DNA of 35,937 nt from Trypethelium eluteriae. Taxonomy: Eukaryota. The notes under the pieces are model-generated. The model did no database searches. It was not told the origin of the DNA and saw nothing but the letters and a program-made list of their open reading frames with translations. Location: positions 1 through 35,937 of the forward strand of contig JAVECL010000209.1 in NCBI GenBank assembly GCA_051942245.1. The letters run 5' to 3'. This document shows positions 9,773 through 21,522 of this stretch, one piece after another. Both the position numbers and the translations under genes were made by a program. Position 1 is the first letter of the stretch; each line of letters begins with the position of its first letter.

Positions 9773-11012
9773 GATGTGACTCGATGATACCATGTTCCCT
9801 TTCCTCTTGAGGATGAGTGCGGCGTACTCTGTGTATGTAACTGGCCAGATGCTAGATGCATGTAATGAAGGTTTTGCCATGTGGTAGAACGAATGAAAAG
9901 TAAAAGAATCAACGTTGACTTCCATTCGCCAGAGAGTATCACTCATAATGTTCTTATAGGGCTGACTCGCTTGTCTAGCTCTTCAATCTGTCAAATACTC
10001 TACAGTAATAACAAACTGAAACATCGGATGTACCCATGGACCCTGTCTTGCAATCCTGGGGGATGTTCGCGCTACAATACCCTGTAAAGTGCCGTCCTCT
10101 CGCGACAGGCCGAATGAGAAGTAGACCAGGATACAGGCAAGTCTCGTGATACAATTTGTACCCCAGGATACGGTACATTTGTGTCTTAAGCTACGTTAAG
10201 GGCGTTGCAGACTAAGAAGTATTCGCATAATCTCTGCGTTGCGTTGTTAGAGCGAGCCTGGTAATTGCAAAGCCACAAGTTTACGACCCACGGGCGGGCA
10301 AATGCGGATGACAAAGAGCTCAAGCATCGAACCAAGAAGACTGAGGTAATAGCACCATTAAAGATCTGTCCTTGAACAAGTGCCACGTAGCGGGGAGGCA
10401 ATGCATGTGGTTTAGTACAATTTGGTGACTACATGAAGTTTCCAGATATCTATATTACTCTAGAGCTCAGACCTCGCTAGGTCCAAGCTTTGTTGATCAC
10501 ACTGCAATGTGTACACACCTGTAGAGATAAGGCTTAGAATGCCATTTTATGAGATACCTCCAAGCGCAGAAGAGTTAAAAAAGAGTTATGATCCTCTCTC
10601 ATCATTGTTAGCTGATCACATGTCTCCTGCTCCCAAAAAATCTACTCATTACAGAACCGAGCCGTGCTGCATCGTGTACTTGCATGATTTTCTCCTGTAG
10701 CTAGTAATAAGCTAGCTGGTTCAAATGTTTAAATAACGACTGGATGTTAGCGAGAAAGCGCTTGAATCATGATTCAGATAGTACGGTTGCAGAACTATTA
10801 TTTAACAAAACCAGTCAGTATCCGTTTTAGCAGGTGGGGATGAAGTTCTTCTAGTAAATGCGGCGATAACTATCTTCTGAAGACGGCTTTATTCTGCTCA
10901 GATAACTGTACACAATTCCTGCCAGCCCTTACATTCCACGTCTGACCTCATTCTGCTAGACTCTTTACCAATGTTCATGCTGAGCCGGGCAGGTGGGATC
11001 GTATTGTACGGA

Positions 11013-12732
11013 TTAGCTCGGTCTCAAGCACCCAGGAAAGGACGAACACTGCCTACTACTCGCAGGGGCACCGACATAAGGAAGTCCGCTAGGCCAGATA
11101 AGACGATTGGTTGGTATATTGACCAAAAGGTTTGGAGTTGTGCTCCTTGCCTCAAGGCCAATAACATCACGGAGAGCATTATCGAATAATCGCTGACGGG
11201 TTGTTCTCAAGTCCGTGATGAGGTCCTCGTTTCCAATAAAAGTCGCAAGGACGCCTCCAACGATCGGAACGGCGAATGATGTACCTTAGCTTATAAGCTA
11301 GTGCCTTGATGTGAAACGTTCATGTCTCATATGAACTTACCACGAATTCCACCGACACTCTCATCGTCCTCTGGAGTTGCAACGGGCACGTCTCCGCCCG
11401 GTGCAATGATATCGACTGCAACACCATGATTTGCAAAGGAAGACAAACTGTAATCGCTATCGCAAGACGTAACACATATCGTGGTGGGCAAGCGACAAAG
11501 GTGTCCCCCAGCGTACGCTGGTTGTCCACTGTTGTTGCATTGGATTAGAGAATCAAAGAGCGAGAATGTTGACCTACTCATTGCCAGCTGATACCAGTAC
11601 CGCAATTCCGGCATCGCTTGCTGCTGCGACCGCGTCTCTTAACGTTGGTGAAAATGTCAGCGTTTGTGAAGACAGGTTGATAATTGAGCCTTTAAACCAA
11701 CTTGGTCGCTGTCGAACATTAGTTTGATGTTCAGCTGTAATGTCCGAGATTGCCTTAGCCATTGAAGAAATTGCGGCGCGTCTTTGGCACCATATCTTGA
11801 CGTTAATAATGTTAGCAAATGAAATGCCAAATCCTCCCGACCCAGCGAGGATACTTGCAACCTGAGACTTGTTAGCATCCTGTGAAAATAGATCGCCACT
11901 CACTCCAACGTACAGCAGTGCCGTGACCATCGATATCATTCATGGACTGACTTCCTGAGCAGTATGGAGTTATCGTTTGACCCATGAAGTTTGATGCGCG
12001 ACCCTTTCCCAGTTCATTAACTAGACGTAATATTTGGACACGGGCCTTCATACTTGAAAAGTTTCATGCGTAATTCTTACACCTCCAAAAGCCGTCAAAC
12101 TCTACAGACTTGAGTGTTTGGGGAGTTCGCACTCTTACCTGTGTCCATAACATACGCATTCACCCCTCTGCCTCGATTCTCTAACATTTTCACAGAAGCT
12201 AGTGTACGAGGATCCAGTTTTAATTTTTTTGGAGTTGTGATCATCCGAACGTTCCAAGGCGCATATTTGATGGTTTCTGTAGGTCGACGTTTGGGGTGGG
12301 ATACGGCCGATAGATTAGGAAAACCGTAGGTCTCATGCTCCACCTTGTCCATAGAAACTGATGTAACAATGTAGTGGTCTTGCTCGACATATTCAATTCC
12401 AGGATCGGTACGGACTAGACTCATCGTATTATTATCTAGCTGCGCGCGATAACTGTTACTGAGCATTAATTAGTACTCTTAAAACAATACCTATTCACCT
12501 ACCTTCGCAATGCGGGAAGCTCCTCAAAGTCAGGACATGTTTTCGATAGATCAGCTCTACAGAACCGAAAATGTTTCTTAAGCGTATAACCTTGATTTAG
12601 ACGGACAACATAGTAATTGGGCACTGGATCTTGGTCTGCGCTGTAATACGGAGCAAGAGTCTTTTTCTCTAGACGTGAGAGCTCTGTAGCATTACATAGA
12701 TTTAGAAGAAGAAACAAAGCTAATGAAAGCAT
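11013..12732 (-). CDS. Secreted subtilisin-like serine protease (S8 with I9-like prodomain), ~468 aa; exons 12732-12503, 12452-12139, 12082-12054, 12003-11914, 11861-11578, 11528-11341, 11284-11013
   Basis: Signal peptide; catalytic motifs VMDTG, DGHGTA and GTSFA; oxyanion SAGN; DIIAPG. Six 49-56 nt introns give a continuous frame. Three acceptors are AAG/GAG, so some boundaries are less certain. Confidence 0.85.
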
Positions 12733-14234
12733 GATTGGGTCCGACCAGCAGGCCCAGTCGTAAAGATATCTCTATCTAAAAGATGAATTACGAGTGTATT
12801 CTGACAAGCAACCTGCATGGTAACACAGAGGAAGCTACATTATATCAGCAACTCGTTTCGAAAGGAAGAAAGACGCTTGCAGCAACTGGCATTTTCGACA
12901 GCTGGTGGGCAATTTTGTGCGACGGTGGGTGCTCAAACTCTAATATTTTCTGTTGTCCTTGAATCTGTCTCCATGGTTAAAACACTTTAGGCCGTCGTCG
13001 GACAGCGCCTCAGTCGTCTCCTATTTTTGACGTCATACGGTACGGCGTTTTCCGCTAAAACCCTGTCGCAGTCTCTCATCCGGCCGGCCTCCGCCGCCAA
13101 CTCTCCCCCTTTGCCCCTTCAGTTGGCCAACACCACCCATCTGTGGCCTCCATTACGGCCTTTCTGGCCGTGAGAAAGCTAAACCTGCTGCTATCGGTAG
13201 TGGGAAGGATTATATTTCGGCCGGTATCACCCACGGTGTGCCCGGAGCTCGCGTTGCGTCGCCCTGGTGCGAAGATAATTATTGCTACTGACGTGCTTAT
13301 TCAAACGCTCACTCGATATATCCACAAAATCTTCAATACTGAATCCAAGCAAGGAACGAATACACAAAGGAGAACGGCTTCACACAAACTGATCTGCATC
13401 CCATGCAGGGCTAGATGTAGATGGTGCAGAGCCCGAGAGAGAGGAGCTGGGTTAGCTAGGCTCGCTGAACCTATTTCTGATACCATTGTTGACTGTTCGT
13501 GCACTCTAATACAAGCTGCTGCTTCCTCCAACGTGGGTGTCATATATGAACCAGAGGTCCATGAGGTCACCGAAGAAGATATCCAGAACCATGGAGATCA
13601 TTTCCACTGATGTACCGCTAGCGCATTCGGTAGGCATTTGTTACCTCTCGCATCCAGAGGGTAATGGCCGGCTACATGGATGGACCGTATACGAATGCAC
13701 CAACCGCTCTCCTTGCTGAGGATCGATCCTTTAGCCCGAGGACCCGGACTTTTCACAATTTACCATCGTCAACGAAATAAGGCTTGAAGGCGGCAGGTCT
13801 TATACAAACAACTTCTGCGACTGATCAGAGGCGACCTAGTCCAATAGGAGATTTAAGCCATAGCATTCCTGACCCATCTAAGATTTTGATGTCCACGGCC
13901 AAAGGTCGGTCACTGGTCACCTAGCTTACTACGAGCTAGGTACACTTGGATCTTTCTCTTACTGGGACGTGTAAGATAATGGGCTAAGATGACTATAATC
14001 GTATTCCAGCGGCGGGCTTTTCTTTATACATTAATCACGCATTCCTCCACCCTTGATTCTCAGGAGAGCTACTTTGACCAGTACTCGAGCCGCTAAGTCA
14101 TTTGGAGCCGTATAGATATGCATTAACACGATGACATGCAAGTACAGCACAATGTGTGGAAATCTTCCACAACAGAACGCACGAGATGATATCAGAATGT
14201 CTATTCTAAGACTATTATCTGGAAGAGACATTGC

Positions 14235-14871
14235 TCAGCACGCTTCGTCTTTGAAAGAATTTGGTTTGTATGTATTGATTACTGTATATCTGCCGCATAC
14301 TTCTCTCCCTTCCCATTCAATCCCTTTACAGGCTTCCACTTTAACTTCGCTGATCTTCTTTGCTGCGGCTCCTACCTCTTCATTCTCTCTGTACCCAGGG
14401 TAAGGTTACCATTCAGCCGAGTTTGCTCTAGCATGGTTGGTAGCTATGTTATCCCAAATCTTGTCTCAATCAGAAACTTACGTTTTCGAAGTATGTTCTA
14501 CGGGAGATGCTAACGGCAATCACTCTGGGTTGCCTAATCAAGGGGCCTGCAGAATCATTGTAGCGATCTCTGACATTGCCGTAAGCTTGCGGTAAGTCAC
14601 GTCGGTAATGCACGCCTGTCCTTTCTGAGATGTAGATGAAGAAGGTCATACTGCCCTGCGATGCAATGTGGATCAGTGAGTGCGAGAGCTCGGATGGATC
14701 CGAAGCCGGAGGAAAGACCAGATCTGGATACACAAGATCTCGGCTCAACGGGGTAGCCCGCAAGGTATTCGTTTCCCCATCCGAGATTGGCAAAGTTGGT
14801 CGATGATTGCTTGACACGGCCAAATTTCTGATACTTGCAAGTACTGTGAACAAGAGGGAAGAGAGATGCAA
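14235..14871 (-). pseudogene. Possible degenerate small secreted-protein gene
   Basis: TTG-initiated signal-peptide-like LHLSSLLFTVLASIRNLAVS, then ~130 open codons ending at a GTAAGT donor (14481). A downstream coding-like frame with three Cys is preceded by an in-frame TAA. No recognised family. Confidence 0.22.
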
Positions 14872-15763
14872 GGCCTGAGTGACATCTCGATGGAACTCGA
14901 GTAAAATGCTTTTGCTCTGCGTATACCTGAGGACCTCGGTCACTTCTTGCTATCTTCTCCTATTGTTCATACTAGAGCACGCGAGGATATTTATGAGTTT
15001 TCAGTGTCTCATGAAATCGCAGTTACATACTCTACGATGGACGGTCTTAGCCTCTAATACGACCAGATTCTTGTATGTGTGGCGGCTCATGGGAGTGAAC
15101 TCAAAGCACCACGGATTCGACTAGCTCTCGTCTAGAAGCACTTACCAGCTCTTCAAGTCATACTTGGGCCTGTAGTATCTCGCATAGTAGCCCTGCATCT
15201 AGCACGTGGCAATGATTGTTCGTTGGTACTCCAAGCCAAGCGAGTTTCTGCCATCTTTCCAGGGAATCACAGTCTCATTTGTGCAGGTAGAGAAGCTGCC
15301 GCACGGAAGCTAGTCATACTTTACGATTGGTGGTTTTTCTCTCCATTCCCGAGACGACAACCCAGATGCCGACTTCACCAACCCGCAGTCATGTCAGAGC
15401 GATCCGACATAATCAGTCCAGTGTGCTTCCGGGATCAACGCTTTCTTACCCGCGTTTGCGGTTTGTAGGATATCCTAATGAGGTTAACACCGAGGAATCC
15501 TATTTCGAGGGCCATACTAAGGCGATGAACTTCGTTGCCATAGCAGCGCGTATCTGAAATCAGTATTTCGACTAATACCATATGATCCTCGTATTCTTCA
15601 GGAACGTGCATACACTGATAACAGGACTTCGTAATGCTAGGGTTGGGACTGTCGCACGGGGAGGCCGGCTTCGGGCCGCCATTGCCAGAGGAATGCGATA
15701 CCGCATTAGGCAAGGTGTGATCTTCAACTTCCCAGCCGCACTAGTCGCGCTTCCTTGCTCGTA

Positions 15764-15794
15764 CATATTCCATATTCCATCTTCCATCTTCCAT
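15764..15794 (+). repeat. 7-bp tandem repeat CAT(A/C)TTC x4
   Basis: CATATTC CATATTC CATCTTC CATCTTC CAT. Confidence 0.7.
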
Positions 15795-16421
15795 TCTGTA
15801 TCCCGCTCCATCGACAAAAATTTTGTTCTACGCAGACGCGTCATGTCAACCACTTGCATGTAGCAGATGGCGAACATCGTCATCATGACCTGGCCAATCG
15901 GCATATTTCGTGGCTCATCCGTACCACATATAGTACGCAGGCTCGGTTAACACCTCAGCTTGAAAACACGTTGCGCTCGGTTGCCTACCCCTCGGGATTT
16001 TCATTTCGCTGCGGCAAGATCTACTCGCTGCCTAACCTAGCCTATTGCTTCGGACGCAAGGGTTATCCGCGTGGAGCCGGTTTTGCTGTAATCTTAAACC
16101 AGGGCTGTAAACTGGGGGTCTGAGTATACCACTTTCGGCACTTGCAGCCCAACAATGAGGCTGCGGCTGGGCACAATATCGTCGGCTTACCATTTAATTC
16201 ATACTGATTCAGAACGCTAACCTTGAGAGCCCACATCGGCCGAAAAGAAGACTTCACCAGGATTGAGATCAGGTATTTAGGAACGAATTTGCGTCGAGAG
16301 AGCCGGGTAGACAATCTGAAGTGTTCACCTTTAATTGTTCAAAATTCAGCATCGAAGACTTTCAAAGCTACCTCCCATCGTTCTGGTCCCAGCACCCTAT
16401 CTCCAAACGCAGCGATTTGGA

Positions 16422-17920
16422 ATGCCTTTATTCACCGACTTGGTGAAACAAATGCTTGGTCCTGCGGAAGCTCTAGATCTGTATCTACTATCTGCAGATC
16501 TCCCCCCTACATCTTTTGAGAATGATACTCTCCTTGACCTTCCATCAGAATTGGAACAAGCGCGTGACACTCTCGTTGATGTAGCGCAAACCACCAAAAG
16601 GCTCGCACAGGGTTCACGGGGCACTCTTCGCGAAATTCTACTTGCAGTAGGTCGTTTTTGCTGCAGTATTGTGTCAAAGTCTGTTATCTCGATTCGATGG
16701 TCGTTCATGAGTTGGCAACCCAGAGCCACCATGTGTATATCACAACTTCCAACTCTATATACAAGATATTGGGATCATGAGTAGCTGAACAGCAGATCAG
16801 TTTGCAGACGAGACATCTCTTCGCGCTATTTACCACTACGAACTGGCTCAGCATGTTCCACTCTCTGGATCGACCACCTACGCCGAGATATCTGCCGCAA
16901 GTGGGCTACCTCTGAATCTTGTCGAACGTTTTGTTCGGCAAGCAATGAGCAATCGCATATTTGCTGAAAAGTACAGTCAACCTGGCCATGTCTTTCATAC
17001 CGCAACGTCACGTCTCATTGCCACCGATCCAGACGCTCATAATGCCCTCGGCCTCTTCACGTGCGAGATATCGCCTATCTGCCAAGGGACTTTGGACGCG
17101 ATTGCTGCATGTTCTGGATCGCAAGAGCAAACTGCGCCGGCATGGGCACTACAAAACGAAATCGGCACTACGGCTGGTGAGTTCTTGACAAGGTATCAAC
17201 AACGAGCAAGGAGGCTCGACGCCGGCTTAGCATTTCTTAGTCGAGGCTCGGGGTGGGATCCTGGTCACCTCGAGCAGCTCTACGACTGGAAAAGTTTGGA
17301 TCTGCCCGGTTCCATCTTTGTCGACGTTGGGGGTGGACGAGGTGCCGTACCTCAGACCCTATCCCGCGTAACCACCAATATGCAGTTTGTGGTGCAGGAC
17401 CTTCCCGTGTCAGTGGAAGAGGCGAGAACTGCACTCCCTCAAGAACTGGCTTCGAGGATCAAATTCGAGGAGCATGACTTTTTCCTAGAGCAACCGGTAA
17501 AGGGCGCGGATGTGTATTTCTTCCGCTGGGTCTTGCATAATTGGAGTGACAAGTACTGCAAGAAGATCCTGAGAGCCTTGATACCAGCTTTGAAGGTCGG
17601 GTCCAGAGTGATCATCTATGAGATCGTGTTGAGGGACGGGCCCGAGGTGAAGTGGTCAAGGAAGCAACCCAGGTGAGTATATTCAACTTCGTGAAGACCG
17701 AAGGAAGTTTGCCAGTCACCGAGGCTTTCTGACCTTCCTCAGAGACCTCGATCTCATCATGCAAGCTATGTTCAATGCTTACGAGCGGACTGCAAAGGCA
17801 TGGGAGTCTCTATTACAAAAGGTTGATCCTAGACTGCATCTCCAAGAAATTAAAGGCCGCGCTGGGAGTCTAATGAAGGTAATTGAAGCAGTTTGGCAAG
17901 ATTGGGAAATCTTTTCCTAG
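16422..17920 (+). CDS. SAM-dependent O-methyltransferase of the fungal secondary-metabolism type (Methyltransf_2, OmtA/OmtB-like), ~424 aa; exons 16422-16646, 16801-17672, 17743-17920
   Basis: VDVGGGRG SAM motif, VQDL, HDFF, catalytic RWVLHNWSD and C-terminal NAYERT..W. Two GT-AG introns restore the frame. Confidence 0.9.
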
Positions 17921-18825
17921 ACATGACTAGATTACGAAGGAAACATGAGAAAGTTAATGAATACAGAATAGCAAGTTACAAGCTCGAGCAAATCTATATA
18001 GCTCTTACCAGGTTACAGACTCATTACGGAAGTACATGGATCAACTCGCGAAATGTTTTGTATCTCGTGGTCGGCTCTGTGCAATGTCTGCAAGAACAAG
18101 AGACAAGTCGGGGGGACAACAAAGTCAGAATTGCCCATGCTACCACCTGCATCCATCTCATCCTCTAGACACAGGGACTAGAAAAGAAATCGGGCTAGTC
18201 GTCGAACCATCAAATCGAATTCTGAGTCAATTAGCCGGCCACGTTTCTGACCGGAGAACGCCGACTCCACGGTACAATACATGAAACATAGACAGGCCAG
18301 CTGTCACCTCTGATTCTCAGTATCGCTCAATGGACTTGATTGTAAAGACACTCTGATTGCCTACCCTTGAATTAATTATTCACTTATATGAGACGATTTG
18401 GGCTTCTCAAAGAAGACATTTTCGCACAAATCCTGAACATAGTGGCCTTCAGCATCAATTCAACTATCACCTATGATTGCATTATTTCAGCCTTATCTAG
18501 AGAGATCTCTCAATAGATGAAGAATGAAAATGGATCAGAAGGCTACATATAGAAGGCATATTAAAACATGATGAAAAGATTGGCAGTGTGTATCTCGTAC
18601 CACAACTGAACAGCTGGCCATCTTTTAGTAGATTCTGACTCCCGAACTTACTTCGAAAGGCCGCCCGTGGGTGGGGGCGCTTTTCTTCTCCTTAACGTCA
18701 TGCCGACCGAGCACAATTTTTTCAATTTCTACAAGTAGATAGGTTCGCCACCTTCCCAAGTTGTCAGAGATGTTCAAGTTATACCATTCTGCCGCCCTTT
18801 TACCAGCTTACCAAATATTTTCACA

Positions 18826-20385
18826 ATGTTTCTGGACTTTGCTTGGCTGTCTGCGACTCTCCTGATAGTATCGATCATACCAAGTACCAGCCAGTCGGAA
18901 CTCGCTCCCTGTCTAGGTCACAACGAATCGTTAGAACTTGTTCCAGATAGCTATATCGTCAAGCTTAAAGATAACCACACGTTAGAGGCTCACCTTCACC
19001 ATATCGGCTTCAATATTTCCTCCCCAAACTATGATTACTCCTATATCGATATTCTTCCTGGGTACCATGTGAAAGCGAATCAATCTATAGTAGATAATCT
19101 TATCAGGAAAGATGCAGGAGTCGAATGGGTGGAATGTGATAGTCGTGCCGATCTACCTAAGACTCTTCAAGTGTATCCTCGGCATACAAAGAAATGGAAC
19201 CAGCGACTCAAGCGTTGGGCTGCGATAACAATGTCAGGTGTACCTTTCAACCTAGCGATGCAGTCAACTGTGGAAAAGATGGTTAATACTGAAGATACGG
19301 AAAAGAGGTACTTTTACTGGAGTGAAGCAGGTAGAAACGTGGATATCTATATCATTGATACTGGTATAAAGCTCGACCATCCCGAGTTCCTAGGTCGAGC
19401 TTCTAACTTCCGAGGCTGGCGAACTTCACCGTATATCGACGGTCCGGACAGCACTATGAATGATACGCATGTTTTGATGCACGGTATGGCAACCCTCGTC
19501 AATTCTCAGTGCTCCGCTTGATGCACAGAAGTTTTCTTATCCAACTCTGTTCTGATAAGGTCTAGGTACCTGCGTTGCATCTATTGCTGGTGGCACCTTG
19601 ATTGGAACCGGTAAAGAAGCGAACATCATTAATGTCAAAGCATGGCGTCGACAAGGTGGATGGTCAAGTATTATCAGAGCAGTAAAGTAAGTCCTGTACA
19701 ACGTTTGAAAGTATCGTTCTGATCCGATCTGGTTGATTGAAGTGACGTAACGAAAGCCCATAATTCTAAGAAGCGGAATTGTTGTCGCTATCGGTCTTTC
19801 GCAGGGTCAATTATCTACATGTCGATTGTAGGTAGATATAATGAAGCCCTTGCGATAGCGATTCGGAAGGCGAAGCGCGCTGGCATCCCCTTTGTTACCG
19901 GTGCTGGGAACAATAACGAAGATGCTCGAGACACCTTTCCATGCAATTTAGACGAGACGATCTGCGTCGCATCGACCGACGAGAGATACAGAAAAGCAAA
20001 CGATTCCAACTACGGCCGACATGTAACGGTCTCGGCCCCAGGTGATGGACCTCTGTGTGCAACTGTTCGGGATAATGATTTCACCTACAGGTATACATCC
20101 GGGACTTCTCCAGCAGCAGCCTACGTGGCCGGAACCCTTGCACACTTTATCAGTTATGAAAAGATACGGTCAAACACTGAGTTGGTCATGAAACGGATGA
20201 GAGATAATTGGAACATCAATCAGCTTGAAGGTTTCCCAGAATCCACACCAAACACTTTCAACAACAACGGATTCTTGAATCAATACAAGTCAGTCTTGCA
20301 GCCGTACGCTGGCGCTCCAGAGCATGAAAAATCTGCACCCTGTCAGTGCTTCAGTCCGTCCCGCAGGAGGTCGCGAGATAATTGA
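18826..20385 (+). CDS. Second secreted subtilisin-like serine protease (S8 with I9-like prodomain), ~473 aa; exons 18826-19483, 19566-19686, 19743-20385
   Basis: Signal peptide, VPDSYIVKLK prodomain start, IIDTG, HGTCVAS across the intron, GAGN, SAPG and GTSPAA. Introns are 82 and 56 nt. Confidence 0.88.
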
Positions 20386-21522
20386 GGAGACACCTCTAGT
20401 CTTGCCAGCTCGGTGGAGAGGTACCGATCATGCATTTTCGCCCTTCGCTGAAGTTTTCAGGTACGATATCGAGGAGTGCCAGCCTTGGAGCTGTTGAAAT
20501 CTGGTCGTTTTACGAGACGATTACAAATCTCTGCCGCAGATGTTTTCGGAAGAGACTTTGCAGATTTCTATATAACAAGTAGTGTATGATTTGCTTTCTT
20601 CAGTCTTCCCTTTTTGTATCAGGATTCTGTCCAGCTACACCGTGACTTAAATCTCTGTAGAGGTCTATTTAGTTCTCTAAAATTAAGGGGGAAAAATCCC
20701 TACACTTATCACTATACCTAATTTGGCTAATAGTCCAGAAAAACACTGAATCCGAACATGAGAGACCTATTTCTGGCTGAGGTTCGACATTTTGTCTCCA
20801 TTTCTTCATATGTTGAGATGCCTCAGGATGGGAAAGTCATTGGTGTTGCTGCAATGCCCAAAGGTTGCCCTCTCAAGCTTCGCATCCGGTGATCCGGGTA
20901 CAGCTGTACGACGGATTTAGCTCCAGATTTTCTCCGAGCTAATTTAGTTGCGCGCAGCGCATGATTAAGTAAGCGAGACTACCGGATCGATGGGACTGGT
21001 GGCGTGGGCGTGGCACGCGAATGACAAAATGAGACTTCGCTTAAAGTAATATCTCAGCTTTTCTGCCATCAGTGTTCTCCGTATGGCTTGCCTGCCAGCC
21101 AATGTTATTTTAAACCCTACAAGCCAATGGCTAGCCCTAATCCGCTCCGGACGTACGGTGGCTCTCAAGTGGCATGGAACGGGCAAAAGGCTGTCCGTTC
21201 TTACTTCAAGCTGGGGGTTCCCTCAAAGTTTTCGTCTGCCGCGGCTCAATATAAGCCGTATACCTATCAGCACCCAGGGAATCTGGTTCAAATGACATTT
21301 GCCTTTTGCCTACTCTAGAATGATTGAAGCTCAACAGCATGATCAGGCCTTACATCGATCCACCCGTGCCATGCAAAGTCGCAGGGTTTGCGGTCCTCTC
21401 CTGAAGACCAGGATTCATCAGCCGCATGAGGAAGAGTTTCAGCCCCCACCAGTGTAGTCAATGACTCTAGAAAACCACGATCAGATCCTCTTTTCTCCCA
21501 CGCGGTCCATCTGTTATGGGAA

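Noticed and set aside
13145..13169. SfiI/adaptor-like GGCC...CATTACGGCC...GGCC sequence
   Set aside because: It is an imperfect match embedded in ordinary genomic sequence and is compatible with chance.
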